DNA of 64,000 nt from a virus (IMGVR_UViG_3300028797_000006:32001-96000), one strand, 5' to 3'. Numbered from the stretch's first letter, positions 33,737 to 46,658 are shown. Program-made: numbers and translations. The notes: generated by a model not told the origin, from the letters alone.

Positions 33737-34807
33737 CTAGTCGTGTAGCAAAAGCCAAGAAAGGTCTTTTCCTACGCCTTCTTCAAGTTGTTTAACAAAA
33801 TTATTCCAAGTTAATTCTTCAATAGTAAGCCCATACTTCGGCATATCATTTCTTAATGTCATATAGTATTTTAAACGCACTACCATAGTAGTTGATTTAA
33901 GTTCTTCTTCATAATTGTTTATGATTTCAAACATAAATTGATACATATTATAAACTCTCTTCTTTGTTTCTTCTTCTGTATCATTAAATTCTTTTAACTG
34001 TAAGAGGAAGAAAGTAAAGAATAAATCAACCCAAGCCAACTCTTTCAGTCTAGTATTCATTGGCTGTTCTTTTTTAAGTTTAATTAAAAGGTTTCTATTA
34101 CACATTATATAATCATGGTTATTCCAATAAAGATAATCCCTATTATCGTGGTTCCATTTTGAAGTAACGCTATCTGGATTTCTTACCCATAAATAAGTAA
34201 AATAGTTACAATGAATTTGAGTTTCTTGTGGAGCTAAAAGCGCAACACACTTACCAAAGAATGTATCTTCGAATGTGCGAAGTCCTGGCAAGAATCTAAT
34301 ATTATACTTTTCTAAAAAACTACGTCTGAAGACTTTTCCGTGCATCCAAATCATAGTTGGTTTCTCATGTTTAATTAAATCATAACCTTTTCCATCTGCG
34401 GCAATATGCTCTTCATAAAAACTACTTGAAAGTAAATTAAATTGCTCTCCTGTTTTTACGTTATTCACGCGCATCGCATTAAAAAGATTAAGTAGTGCTG
34501 TGCAGTCGAATAAACGGTCGTCCGCATCACAGAACATTACTAATGGATTTGATGTGTGGTCTAGACCTCATTGACGCGCCATACCGGCTCCGCCATTTTC
34601 TGGGGTTTCAAGATATTGAATTGGATAATTAAACGACTTTAAAAAGGCCTCTGATAGTTTATGGTCTGTATGGTCATTTACAATAGTTACTTGAAAGGCT
34701 GTATTTTTAACGCCTACTTGGTTTTCGATTGATGTTAGAAGAGGTTTAATCATCTCTTCGGATTCTTTGTATTGAGGAATAATTATATCGAGATGTTCGA
34801 ATGTCAT
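33737..34807 (-). CDS. Glycosyltransferase family 2 (1 TGA)
   Basis: IIIPQYK, VNDHT, NGGAGMARQ(W)GL...FCDADD, FEDTFF. Confidence 0.88.
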
Positions 34808-35064
34808 AAAATTCTCCTTTATATATTATTATAGGGAAGATAAAAGAGTTTGATCAAAAATGAGGTATGGGAATTCTAAAGGAGAGATGCGGTTTTCGAA
34901 GGGCAATGAGCTTCTCAAAGCGCAAGCGGCTTACGTAGTAAGCCAAGATTGAAGTATTTTCCAGAGCTCATTTTCTTTCCTGTTTTCTAACCATTCCATG
35001 TAAATTTGATTTATAGAAGTTTTCAACTTAAAATAAATTGTATAAGTAGGAGTATATATTTTAC

Positions 35065-35373
35065 ATGGAGCATTTATCAATTATTCAAGGCGATACGTTA
35101 GACGCCGTTGTAACAATCGAAAAACCGGCGGAACTTGTCATTGATAAGGTTCGCTTTGTTTGTGCTTCACTCAATCTCGATTGCGATTTGGAAGTCGCAG
35201 ATACAGATGAAGAAGAGACAGAAATTGGTTATGCATTTATGTTAGCTCCTGAAGAAACACAAGCCTTAGGCGTTGGAAATTGAAATTTCGACATTATTGC
35301 GGAACTTGATAGCGGAGAGATTTACACAGTAATACAAGGCGTGTTTGAAGTAAAATATAGAAGAAATGCTTAA
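35065..35373 (+). CDS. Structural protein, BppU-N-like (1 TGA)
   Basis: IIQGDT start; readthrough to TAA 35371-35373. Confidence 0.6.
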
Positions 35374-35860
35374 AAGTAGAAATAATCTTAAGGCTACAAT
35401 AAGTGCGCAAAAGCTTAATGCAAGCCTTAAGCAACAAAATTTATCCGCTAGTTTCGGCAAGGGTGGATACACTCTTAAAGACCACTCTAAATTACAAAAT
35501 CTTGATTATTTAAATAGTGGACATGAAGGTTTCGCTGGTATTCAATTCGGAACTACTGCGGAATGAAATGCCGAAAGAGATTATCGTCCTGTTAAGGGGA
35601 TGCTTGTAGTTTATACAGATTATAGCTCAAAAGTTGATCCCGATACAGGCAAAATAATTTATATCCCAAACTTCAAGATAGGGGATGGTAATGCTTATCT
35701 CATTGATAAACCATTTGTCGGAGATGACATTAGAGATATTCTTGAAGAACATATAGAAGATACCGGATTACATATTCAACCCGGTGAACGCGAATTCTGG
35801 AACAATAAGCTAAATTATAATGAACCAGAAGGCGATTTATTAGAATTTACTAGAGATTAA
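35366..35860 (+). CDS. Tail-fibre-associated protein with TTAE(W)N...KIGDG motif (1 TGA)
   Basis: Two same-frame track ORFs joined by TGA 35564. Confidence 0.7.
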
Positions 35861-35877
35861 CTAGTAGGAGAGAATTT

Positions 35878-37506
35878 ATGGCAGCAGGAGCAACAAGTTT
35901 ATATTATAATTTAGCGAAGTTAGGTAGAGTTCAATTACCTGGTGGTACTTCGTATGCTTTAATTGATTATAACGGTCGTGAATTAATTGCTGAAGTATTT
36001 AGCGCCAATGCAAGTTATGAAGAAGGACAATATATTCTTTATAGTAGTGATGGTTTCGGTAGTGAATTATTTCAATTCACTCAAGCCCATCCAGCAGGTG
36101 CATGGAATTCAGCACATGTTCGTGGGCCAATTAATGTTGGCGGCGAATTAAATCGTTTAGAAGGTTTAATTGCTGGTGGTATCCATTATCGTGGTAAGAC
36201 AAGTACCGCACTTTATGATGGTGCTACAACAAATCCAATTACAATTAATAGCGTAAGTTATACCGCAGAACAAGGTGATATGGTCATTGTTGACCGTTCA
36301 GCCGTTAAAGTTGATTATGCAACAGGTACAGCATATGCAATTCATACTTATATTTTAAATGGTGGTATTTATTATATTACTAATGCCGCAATTACTTCAA
36401 CTGAAAATACATCTATTGATGCAATTAGAGATAAATTAGATGTCGTTAAAACTGATCCAGAGTTCTTATTTGATGGAACTATTTGGAATGTATTAGGTTC
36501 AGTTGCAGAAGGTTTAGGTGATTTAGCATTTAAAGATTCTGCAAGTGGTTCATATACCGCACCAACTGGTTCAGGTAGCGTATCAGTCAATGATTATTCT
36601 ACAACCAAGAAAAAATTAAGTACAACAACAGTTACTACAGTTGGAGGCACAGTTGGTGTTTCCAAAATGACTGCAGGAACAGCAGTTGATATTGCTAAAG
36701 CAGGTACAGCAGTTGTATATGGTACAGCTGATGTCGGAGATGAAGTTACTTATGGTACAGCCAACAAAGCTTCATCTGCAACTACTGTTGGTAATGCCGA
36801 TGTTGGCTCTCCAGTAGTTTATGGAACTGCAGATGTCGCATCAGCTGTTACAGTCGCCGTTGCTGGAACACAAGTTGTTTATGGTATGGCAGACGTTGGT
36901 AGTGAAGTTACTTATGGTACTGCAAATCCTGGAACAGCAGTTACAGGAGTTGCTAAAGTAGGTAGCTCAAAAACATTTGCTACAGGTGGCATTACAGCCT
37001 CTGTTACAGATGACTGCTTAGCATTTGCGGCCGCAGGAACAAGTACTGTTATTGGTATCGCAGATACAACAGGTGTCTCAATCACACCAGCAGTTCAATC
37101 TACAACCAAACTTACTCCTGCAACAGCAGCAGATACAAATAGAAAACTTACTCCTGTTGGTAGTACAACAAGTATTACACCAGCAAAAGCTGCAGATTCA
37201 ACAAGAACACTTACACCAGCAGTTCAATCTTCAACTTCAATTTATGGAGCAGTTGATTCAACAAGTAAATTAACTCCTGCAAAAGCTGCAGATTCAACAA
37301 GAACAATTGTTCCAGCGGTATCAAATGGTTCAATTACACCTTGGTCAGAAACAGCACATACAGTTGCTGTCGCAGCGTCAAGTACAACAACACTTGCAAC
37401 AGGTGGTCTCGAATCAGGTGATCAAATCGTTGTTGAAGTTACAGGCACTGCATCAACAAAGACAGTCACAGTCGGTACAACAACATCAACAGTTGTCGTT
37501 GATTAA
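35878..37506 (+). CDS. Tail fibre-like protein with T/A/V/G-rich repeats
   Basis: VVYGTADVG and TPAKAADSTRT repeats; LGDLAFKDSA motif. Confidence 0.7.
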   Translation: MAAGATSLYYNLAKLGRVQLPGGTSYALIDYNGRELIAEVFSANASYEEGQYILYSSDGFGSELFQFTQAHPAGAWNSAHVRGPINVGGELNRLEGLIAGGIHYRGKTSTALYDGATTNPITINSVSYTAEQGDMVIVDRSAVKVDYATGTAYAIHTYILNGGIYYITNAAITSTENTSIDAIRDKLDVVKTDPEFLFDGTIWNVLGSVAEGLGDLAFKDSASGSYTAPTGSGSVSVNDYSTTKKKLSTTTVTTVGGTVGVSKMTAGTAVDIAKAGTAVVYGTADVGDEVTYGTANKASSATTVGNADVGSPVVYGTADVASAVTVAVAGTQVVYGMADVGSEVTYGTANPGTAVTGVAKVGSSKTFATGGITASVTDDCLAFAAAGTSTVIGIADTTGVSITPAVQSTTKLTPATAADTNRKLTPVGSTTSITPAKAADSTRTLTPAVQSSTSIYGAVDSTSKLTPAKAADSTRTIVPAVSNGSITPWSETAHTVAVAASSTTTLATGGLESGDQIVVEVTGTASTKTVTVGTTTSTVVVD

Positions 37507-37623
37507 TAAATACTTATTAAAGCTATCCTTCGGGATGGCTTTTTAATTGGAATGAAATTTGTAAAGTTCGGCTAATAAAGATATAATTTTAATGAAGAGA
37601 AAATCTTATTTGATGGAGGGTGT

Positions 37624-38268
37624 ATGGCTAAACCAACTAATTCAATCGCGAATATCAAGATGCCGGGCGAAAATACTCAACGCCCTATTGTTCCATATGC
37701 AATCGCGGTTGGAGGCAGTAATGTTTATCAAGCTACATTGCCGACACTTAGTGGAGACACTCAATTAGTAACTACTAGTGAAAATCATACAATTGATGGT
37801 TTAATAACTTTTACTAATGATAATTCTTTTACTGGTGAAAATACTTTTTCTGGCTGTAATCATTTTACTCAAGAAACTGAATTTACTCATGAAGAATATT
37901 GTCCTGATTGGATAGATATTGGCAGTGGTATTGGAAAATCATCTCTCTTTACAAGAGGTGCCTTCATGCAAGCAATTATTGGTCAGATTTTAACCGCCAA
38001 TGATGAGTATTATGATGAAGATACTGGTTACAATATCGAAGAAGGCAAATTAAAAATCGAACGTATTACTGATACTGAAGATGGACAACCTGTTTACACG
38101 ACAATTGCGGAATTTAGTGAAGATGGACTTGATTTAAAAGGAGGAGACTTGATTTTAAGTTCAAGTGGTAAGTTATCTAATGGAACCTATACTTTTGCAC
38201 TTCCAACAGTAACTGCAAATAAAACATTAGGTCTTCAAATAGACATCGATGACTTAACGGAGTTATAA
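37624..38268 (+). CDS. Putative tail protein
   Basis: GGAGG RBS; TFT..NTFSG fibre-like repeats. Confidence 0.6.
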   Translation: MAKPTNSIANIKMPGENTQRPIVPYAIAVGGSNVYQATLPTLSGDTQLVTTSENHTIDGLITFTNDNSFTGENTFSGCNHFTQETEFTHEEYCPDWIDIGSGIGKSSLFTRGAFMQAIIGQILTANDEYYDEDTGYNIEEGKLKIERITDTEDGQPVYTTIAEFSEDGLDLKGGDLILSSSGKLSNGTYTFALPTVTANKTLGLQIDIDDLTEL

Positions 38269-38270
38269 TT

Positions 38271-38825
38271 ATGAAGTACAAGGTAATGGTAGGAGATCAA
38301 TGCTACAGAATCGCAATGAGTGATGGCTCTGATTATAAACCTGAAGAAGATAAAGATATTATAACCTTCTCTGTTGAAGATGGTATTCTATCTTATTCAT
38401 TAAGTAATTTAAGTGCAAGAACTAAATATCTTCTTGATAATCATATACTTGGTTTAGGAGTATTTGTAGAAGAAAATCCTAGATGATTTAATAGAAAATG
38501 AAGAAGTAATTTTGCAAAGACAGAACATGAATGTAATCATTGTATAAAAGTCTTTAGAATTAATTCGATGAACGATCAATTCGATTTAACTAATGTAGGT
38601 TGATATGCATGATCTGGTTGTTGAAGCAAGTCGTTGTATTACGTATTTAATTATTCAAGAACCTATCAAGACCCATATGTAGAAACGGGTATCGAAAAAA
38701 TAGCTCTTGGACTAGGTAGAATGTATGATATTGATGAGTATAATTGAGTTGTATCAGCATTTAGACCGCATAAAGTTAGTCATTATGTAGAAACTGAAGT
38801 GCAGAATAAAGAACCAGAAGAATAA
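38271..38825 (+). CDS. Hypothetical protein (6 TGA)
   Basis: Frame open to TAA 38823 with TGA=Trp. Confidence 0.6.
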
Positions 38826-38919
38826 AATAAAATAAATAAATAGTTGGTGGGTCGTAGTGTACGAGCCTGGGTGGGGATGGGGTCAATATTTTTATATTCA
38901 ATTAAATGGAGGCCGGTAT

Positions 38920-39417
38920 ATGGTTGATTTACAAAGAGTAGTTAAATTAACTCAAGCACAGTATAATACGTTAAAAGCAGGTGGAACTGTAGGCAGTTAT
39001 ACCGGTTTAAGCGCGAATTATATTTATTTTATTCAAGATAAGAATCAATATATTATAGATATTTCTAATGGCATTACTGCGGCTCATAAAGAGGCAGTTG
39101 AAGCCAATCCTGCAACATTAATTCAATATGGAGAATATGTATATGTACCAAATTATAGAGATGAAAGCATACCATCATATTACTCTTGCTTTGCGGTTGA
39201 TGAATATAATGCATATTGATTTAATATTGATTGAGAAGAGTTAGATATAACTGATTCAAGTAATTATACTATTGCTACAACAAGTGATATTCCAACCGTA
39301 AATAATGCGACCTTAACAATCACACAAAACAGTACATCAATAGGTACTTTTACTGCTAATGCGGCAAGTAACGTTACTGTTAATGTTGTAACACCACAAG
39401 TAAAAAGATATATTTAA
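38920..39417 (+). CDS. Tail-fibre-like protein (2 TGA)
   Basis: LTQAQYNTL N-terminal motif; PTVNNATLTI...FTANAASNVTVN. Confidence 0.65.
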
Positions 39418-39444
39418 TATCTTATTTTTAGAAAAGGATTTTTT

Positions 39445-41097
39445 ATGAGAATAAGATATGGCAAGTCAATTAAAGTAAAAAGTTTATTGGGGAAACAAGA
39501 TTCTCTTTCTTTTAATGATTATTACTCTGATCCAAGCTCTTATAGAACAGTTGGTAATGGCGAATATATTTTCAGCAACGGTCTTGGTTTAACCCTACAT
39601 GGTAGTTACTTTACAAACATTACTTTAGATTCAACTCATCAATATCTATTTATTAGACTCGATACGTTTCAAGTAACACAATCTTCTGAATATTCTTGTA
39701 ATATAGATGGTTCATTAACTTCACACACAGGTGCATATAGACCTGAAAATAGTCATTATACATTAGTTAAATTTACTGATACAACAGAATTTATAGGTTG
39801 GGAATGTTATAGATGAGGTGGTGATGCTTGGAATAATACGATGTATCCGCTTGCATTTTCATTAATAGATTTAACAGCAATAGGTCTAGACACATTAACA
39901 GCAGAACAATTTTATAATAAATACAATAGATATCTTCCTTTACTTGCTACAGGAGAAGAAATAACTATAGACAATAAAACTGGACAAATAGCATATGAAA
40001 ATTTAAATGATGATGTTATTAGATGTAAAGCTGCCGGCGGTTCATCAGATATTTATTACGGCTATAATCAATATACTCAGTTGTGGTCAGATGGTTCATA
40101 TGGTGGAGTCACTATTACAGCAACGAATAATGGAAGAGGTATTTTATTACAAAATACCGCAACTAGTTGGTTTACATATGATAATTTATTTAACACTACA
40201 ATACTATCTGGTCATAAAGTTTTAGTTAGAAGTACAGTCGTTAATAATACAGGTGCAAATTTTGGTTATAGATTAAGATATAATAATGGAACGATAGCAT
40301 ATAGTGGGAATAATTTTAATCAAATCATAACTTTATCTGGGGATATAAATAAACTCCAATTATATGCTGATTTAAACGATGATTGTACAGGTATAACCTT
40401 AGATGATTGTAATATAATAGATTTAACAGCTTGATTTGGATCTGGAAAAGAGCCAACTACAATAGCTGAATTTGAGGAAAAATTTATAAAAAATTACTAT
40501 GGTTATTGTCCTACGTCTATTAAATTAACACACTATCAAATAGAAGCACTACCTAATTATGGATATAATCAAGTATTTAAAATAGGTAGTAGTAATGAAT
40601 GTAATAGAGCTTATGATTCCGAAAAAGATGAATTTACTTTAACTGCCAACTCATCCACAACACATAATTATTTCGGCTTAACTTGTTATGGTGACAACTA
40701 TAATTTAGACTCAATTAAAGGACATAAAGCACTATGTATTGCAAAAATAACTGAGATTTCAACCGCAGATGCTTTTAGTAACATCCAATTTAGATGATCT
40801 TTATCAAATATTACTGATAGACAAGATATAGCTCAACCAGGAATTGTTTGAGGCATAGGCACATGAGGCACGGCAAATCAAACTTTTATTAATATAATTA
40901 AAAATAGTGGCACTTTTACTCAAGGTGATTATTTTAAGGTGACAAATGTTCAAATTATAGACTTAACAGATTGATATGGCACTGGAAATGAACCAACAAC
41001 TTATGAACAATTTAAAGCTACCTTCCCAAATCGATACTATCCTTATTCAAAAAAACGACTATTGAATAAGTATATAATAAATAAACTAATCAACTAA
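39445..41097 (+). CDS. Structural protein with repeated IIDLT.(W)(F/Y)G.G.EPT motif (TGA-recoded)
   Basis: Track ORFs join in one frame to TAA 41095. Confidence 0.7.
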
Positions 41098-41148
41098 TAA
41101 AATTGACTGGAATACAGTTTAAAAATATACTATTGAAGGAAGAGTATT

Positions 41149-42096
41149 ATGGCGAATTTAAAAGACCTTATTTATTTAAGTAATGAAGACTATGAAACAT
41201 TAGTCACTACAGGCACCGTTACTATTGATGGTGAAACTTTAACATATAATGAAAATAATCTTTATGTTGTTCCTGATAAGCTTGCTTCTACTACTGAAGA
41301 TGGCTTAATGTCTGCAGCAGATAAAACTAAATTAGATAATCTTCCAAAACCGATGGTTTATAAAGGTACCTTAGGTACTGGTGGAACTATTACTGATCTA
41401 CCTGCTGCATCTTCTTCAAATGAAGGCTATACATATAAAGTTATTACTGCGGGTACTTATGCTTCAACTGCAGCAAAAGTTGGTGATGTTTTTATCTCCA
41501 ATGGCAGTGAATGGACATTAATTCCAGCTGGCGATGATGTTGAAGATACTTGAAGAAATATCAAAGTCGATAATACAGAAAAATTAGGATCAGGGATAAG
41601 TACTGGTGCTTTAAATTTTATTTCTCAAAACGCTAATGCAGGAGATGTTTCCTTTACATATGATGGCGGAATTAAAGCATCCGCGAAAATGCCCTCAATT
41701 CCTTCAAAAGATAGCGATCTAACTAATGACAGATATGTCAGATATGATATTAATTCGCAAGGATTAACTGATGTTCAAAAATCTAATGCTAGAACTAACA
41801 TTGGCGCATTACCAGACTCAACGACTTATTTAGCAAGCGCAGTTGCCAGTGGACATACATTAACAATTACTCCTTCTACTGGTTCTGATATTACTTTTAC
41901 TGACACAACCTATTCTGAAGCTACAACAAGTGCTACGGGATTAATGAGCGCAAGTGATAAAACCAAATTGGATGGAATTGCTACTGGCGCGCAAGTTAAT
42001 GTCATAGAGACAGTCAAAGTTAATGGTACAGCTTTAACAGTTACTTCTAAGGCTGTTGATGTTATTGTTCCGCAAATTATTGATTATAGGAGTTAA
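41149..42096 (+). CDS. Tail fibre protein with GLMSA.DKTKLD repeats (1 TGA)
   Basis: Two copies of the fibre motif; GAQVNVIETVKVNG. Confidence 0.8.
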
Positions 42097-42098
42097 TT

Positions 42099-43262
42099 AT
42101 GTCTACTTTTAAAATAGCTTGCGGATATCATAACGAACTTGAAGATAATACTTATACCTATAGTAATACTCCGCTTCCAGGAGCCTGAATAACTATTTCA
42201 ACAGGTCTTAATAGATATAGACATAGTTTATCAATAACGAATGATACAATTAAACATATTTGAGGTTTAGATGATAGAACAATAACTAGTTTTTCTATTT
42301 TAAAAGGAGGAAGTACTAGCGTTATAGGAAGTTGTATTTTTTCTGAAGTTTCGACTAATAAAGCTATTATTTTTACATATCTAGATACGGAATCAACTGT
42401 GCCTCTACTTACATCAGTTTCAGCAACTATAGATTATAAAGATTATACTAAAAAAGTTGCCGATATTTATAATAATGTTGTTCTTGGTCAAGCTACTACT
42501 GCATCTAAAGAAATAACTATAGGCCCATATTATGATACTTATACTGGAACCGCAACTTGTATTGTTTATATTCCCGTGCCCCTCAGAAATCCTACACACA
42601 CGGAGTTTCTGTTCAGTTCTATAAATTTAAACAATAGACTTGCTAGAAATATTGTAGTAGACAGCGTTACAATTGATACATTACCAGAATGGAACGCTTA
42701 TGATAAAACTTGTACAATAACTCATCAATATGTTCCTGATGCAACACAGGCAGTTTTTAAATTTTCGACACCTCCACAAACAACAATTGAAACGCCATTT
42801 ATCTGTAATGTCTCAGTCAATTATCATTATGATAAAGTATTACCAGACATATTTAATATATTAAGTGATTCTCCTAAACAAGGTCCTAGTTATGATGCTG
42901 GTGGGACTATTGTATTAGAAAATGGTACTAATTTTACAATAAGCGGTAAATTAAGTGAACAAGGATATTTAACAATGTATTTTACATTTAGTGATGGTTT
43001 AGATACTTATTCTTTCTGGGATATATATAATGGTTCTCAATTTATAACAACACAAGAATCAGGATTTGGGACGATTTTTGATTATGATTATGATTATAAT
43101 AGTGTTCATGAGATTAGAATATATAATCAAGAAGGTTCTTATGACCAAGGTGGCTTGCCTAATTATGATGAATCTTATATTAAAAGTATAGGATTAAAAT
43201 TAATATTAAAATTAGTATTAAAAAATGGTTATTGGTATTATTATGATTTCACAGGAGATTAA
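42099..43262 (+). CDS. Putative receptor-binding/structural protein (2 TGA)
   Basis: AGGAG RBS, ATG 42099 in frame with track ORF 42399. Confidence 0.6.
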
Positions 43263-43809
43263 AGATTTAGCAAAAAGAATATACGATGCTTGTCAACCGT
43301 ATTGTATTTCTATTTACTATGGTGGTAGTAGAGTTAATAAATATATAAAAAATCCAGGAGATTATGACTTCATATTGTTTGGAAGAACACCTGAAGATAT
43401 GTGTCATATAAGAAGAGTTTTATTTAGATATCTAAATAAAAATTCAGATATACATTATATAAATGATTTCTCTCAAGTAAGAAATAAAGAAATAGAAGAA
43501 CATTCTTATGGTTCATATATCAATAATATGATGATAAAACTTGTAGGAGAAGATATAGAATTCAAATTTGATATTATTGATAAAAATAGAGAAGAATACA
43601 AACAAATTCTTAAAGAAACTATTGTAAAATTAAATGAAGGTAAAATTAAAAATCAAAAGAGATGGTATCAAATTTATCAAGGATTATGTATAATGAATAA
43701 TAATTCTTATGAATTAACAGAAAAACAAATTAAAAATATAAATATACTTCATGACAAAAAAGAAGGTAGCAAAGAGATTATAGAGGAGATAAAGCTATGG
43801 CAAATTTAG
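43243..43809 (+). CDS. Pol-beta-superfamily nucleotidyltransferase
   Basis: IYYGGSR...GDYDF (hG[GS]-x-DxD) motif. Confidence 0.65.
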   Translation: MISQEIKDLAKRIYDACQPYCISIYYGGSRVNKYIKNPGDYDFILFGRTPEDMCHIRRVLFRYLNKNSDIHYINDFSQVRNKEIEEHSYGSYINNMMIKLVGEDIEFKFDIIDKNREEYKQILKETIVKLNEGKIKNQKRWYQIYQGLCIMNNNSYELTEKQIKNINILHDKKEGSKEIIEEIKLWQI

Positions 43810-44246
43810 GGAATGTAATTAAAATATCACAAGCAGATTTTGATTTAATTTTTAATGCCTATCCAAATTCAGAAGAAATTTCTACAGGGGACACTGTCAC
43901 CTATGATCCAAATAGTATTTATTTAGTTGAAGAAGAAGAGCCATCTTGGGTTAGTCAAAATTTAAGTAGTCAAAATTATTTAAATCTAGGTGATTGAAAT
44001 CTAGTTCAAAGAAAAACAATTCAATTCACTTTTGATACAAATAATACAGGTAACGTATATTGTGGTCAAATGACACTATATCCAGCTTGGAAAGATTTTT
44101 ATTATGCATATATAGATTCAGATCCATATCGTCTTATAAGACTATCATTTTCAAACCAAGAAGCACATGCTCAAGTTATGAATTACAACTCAGGCACTTG
44201 GACTGTTAATACTGCTGGTACACTATACGCAAGAATAGTAGATTAA
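43797..44246 (+). CDS. Tail-associated protein sharing a C-terminal module with gene 1493-2107 (1 TGA)
   Basis: GQMTLYPAWKDFYYAYID vs GRMTLYPT(W)QNFYYAYID. Confidence 0.65.
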
Positions 44247-44304
44247 GATATAAAAATAATAATATAAACAAATTAAAAAGAGCTCAATTGAGCTCTTTTT
44301 TAGT

Positions 44305-44419
44305 ATCTAAGCCGGGAGTCATAGTTCATTAGACTGAGACTCACACCCCAGCATTTCAACTAGAGGTGAATCATATCTTGCGATATGACGCCCGGTTCCG
44401 CATCGAGCACCGGCTTAGA
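44305..44419 (-). ncRNA. Putative ~115-nt multibranch RNA structure
   Basis: 10-bp TCTAAGCCGG/CCGGCTTAGA closing stem, TCATATC-GCAA-GATATGA hairpin. Confidence 0.45.
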
Positions 44420-44424
44420 CGATA

Positions 44425-46113
44425 TTAATCATTTATAATGTAAGTTACTTCAATTGTTTTGAAACGAGTATTCCCGCTACCGCTTGAAGCAGTAATTGTT
44501 ACACTTGTAGGTGGATCTGTTTCGGTATTAAACCAAACACTTGTAGCATTAGCGCCCTTCCAATCAAGAGTATCTACATCAGAAGAGAATGTTTTTTGTG
44601 CAGCGCTAACAACATAATTAATAGTTTTTATATAACCATCAATACCATCTGCTATATGAATAGTCATAGTGTTGTTGCCATATATACGGAGTTCTCCACC
44701 ATTTTTAAAGTATTTTGGTTGAGAAGATCCGCCACCTTTTCCGCATAGCATTTGAACGTTGCCATCACCAATATCTACTTCAATACCATCTAATACGGTA
44801 TCTGCGTCATATATTGTAGAGAATGTAATTGATTCAGTATATTCAGTTCCACCGCCACCGCCACCAGTAATGGTAATTTCTTTTTCATCATAAGTACCGT
44901 CCTCACAAGTAGCACGGATTAATAACGTACCAGCACTGACACCAGTAATATCGCAGTAGAAGTGACCATCTTCTTCATAAGAATCCAATTCAACTTCACC
45001 GTCACCATCAATAATTTCTCAAGTCATTTCTTCTGGTAGAACAATACATTTAGCTTCTCAAGTAACAGTTTCATCCGCAGCAACACCACCAATACCAATA
45101 ATTTTAACTCTATGAATTGGTGCATCTTCAAGGTGAGTATATAAGACACCATATCTTATACCAACCTGATTGCTTGCATTGTCGAATCTAAAGCGAACCT
45201 TTTGCGCATAAACATCTTCAGGCAATCATCCTCTTAATCAGAAATCGCTAGATACTAGACCACTGTCTTCCCAGGTAACGCCGCCGTCTTCAGAATAATC
45301 TAAATGGACAGTTTGTTGTTTTCCGCCCCATTGATCAAAGCTAATTGAGATACCATCAATATAACGTCTCAATTCATCTGTTTCGATGATAAATGGACCT
45401 TGTTTCGTAACAGGTTCATTATTAATCGGTTGTTCTGGACCTTGATGCGAAGCAGTTAAATAAGCAACCGCATAACCGAAGTCAATTTCATGTTCAACAT
45501 AACCACTTGTCCATTCATCGAAATCTTCAATTTCTCTGAAGTTCATAATAGCTGAATTTTCATCAGGTTCATAATGAATATTTACATTATAAGTATAACT
45601 GTCGCCGATATCATAATAACTATCATAGTAAGTAACAGTTACACCTGTTGTTTGCCCTTCGGTTTGTTCACCAATATCTACACTAGAAGGTTCGACATAT
45701 TTACTTAAACTTTCTTTTGAATAAGAGGCATAGCAATCACCATCAAATTCAATTTCATCGCCATAGATATAATCTTTAGTCATATCTTTACAGGTGACTT
45801 CTATTTCCATCGGCTTAACAGTGATATTATAAGAAGCTTCTAATCCCTTAAAATATGTATAAACAGGATAGCTTCCCGCCACTTCGATGTCCACATCAGA
45901 CAAATCTACTTCTGCAAATTCGCTTACATCTGCACTACCAATTGTCTCGGCACGTGCTGGATCATAATTATCTTTAATCCAAATAGTTCCATCACCTCTA
46001 TCAGTAGCTACAGTAGACATCCATTCATATGGATCAATTTCTGTTGTATTAACTTTAATCTTGCCTTTAATTTCGGCAGAGCTTTCCACTTTAATATTGT
46101 TTTCTAATGGCAT
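44425..46113 (-). CDS. Acidic Ig-like domain virion/surface protein (TGA-recoded)
   Basis: Track ORFs 45238-46113 and 44425-44988 join; beta-rich Ig-like segments. Confidence 0.7.
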
Positions 46114-46466
46114 GCCTCTACCTCCGCTTTCTTTTTGGCGAAGATTGTAACGATAGTTCCTTCATGATCGATGAATTTCGCGCAATAAATATATTTGCCT
46201 ATTGGGAACTTACTACTAATCTCTTCTGTAAAATCAAGATTAACGGAGTTACCTTCAATATTTGAGAAACGGAATTCATGAACAAGTTCTTTACCAATAG
46301 ATGTATAGAACTCGAATACAATTTCATCATTTTCATCGAAAATTAATGGTTCATCGTCTTTTGTTAACGAAATACCTCACTCAATGGTGAAGGTATTATT
46401 AACGTATCATTTCAAAGTCTCACCTTCGAATCGCGGACTTTGTTTAGCAGGTTTAATTTCTATCAT
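46104..46466 (-). CDS. Hypothetical structural protein (2 TGA)
   Basis: GGAGG RBS; open to TAG 46104, overlapping the next ATG. Confidence 0.6.
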
Positions 46467-46658
46467 AAACGCATACCTCCATTAATCATAATTAGTATAA
46501 GATTAGACAAGAGATAAGTCAAAATTTATAGTATGAGCGACGGGATTACTAAAGAGAAGCGCGGTTTTTGAAGGGTAATGAGCTTCTCAATCAATTTTAT
46601 TATATAGTTGAAATTGCATCTTTCTATAAAAATCAATATAATACTTTAGGAGATTATT

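Noticed and set aside
22528-34807. Pseudogene calls for the split helicase, RNase H, dUTPase, GT2 and Stealth genes
   Set aside because: All breaks are in-frame TGA with no frameshift or TAA/TAG, and readthrough restores motifs and gene coupling.
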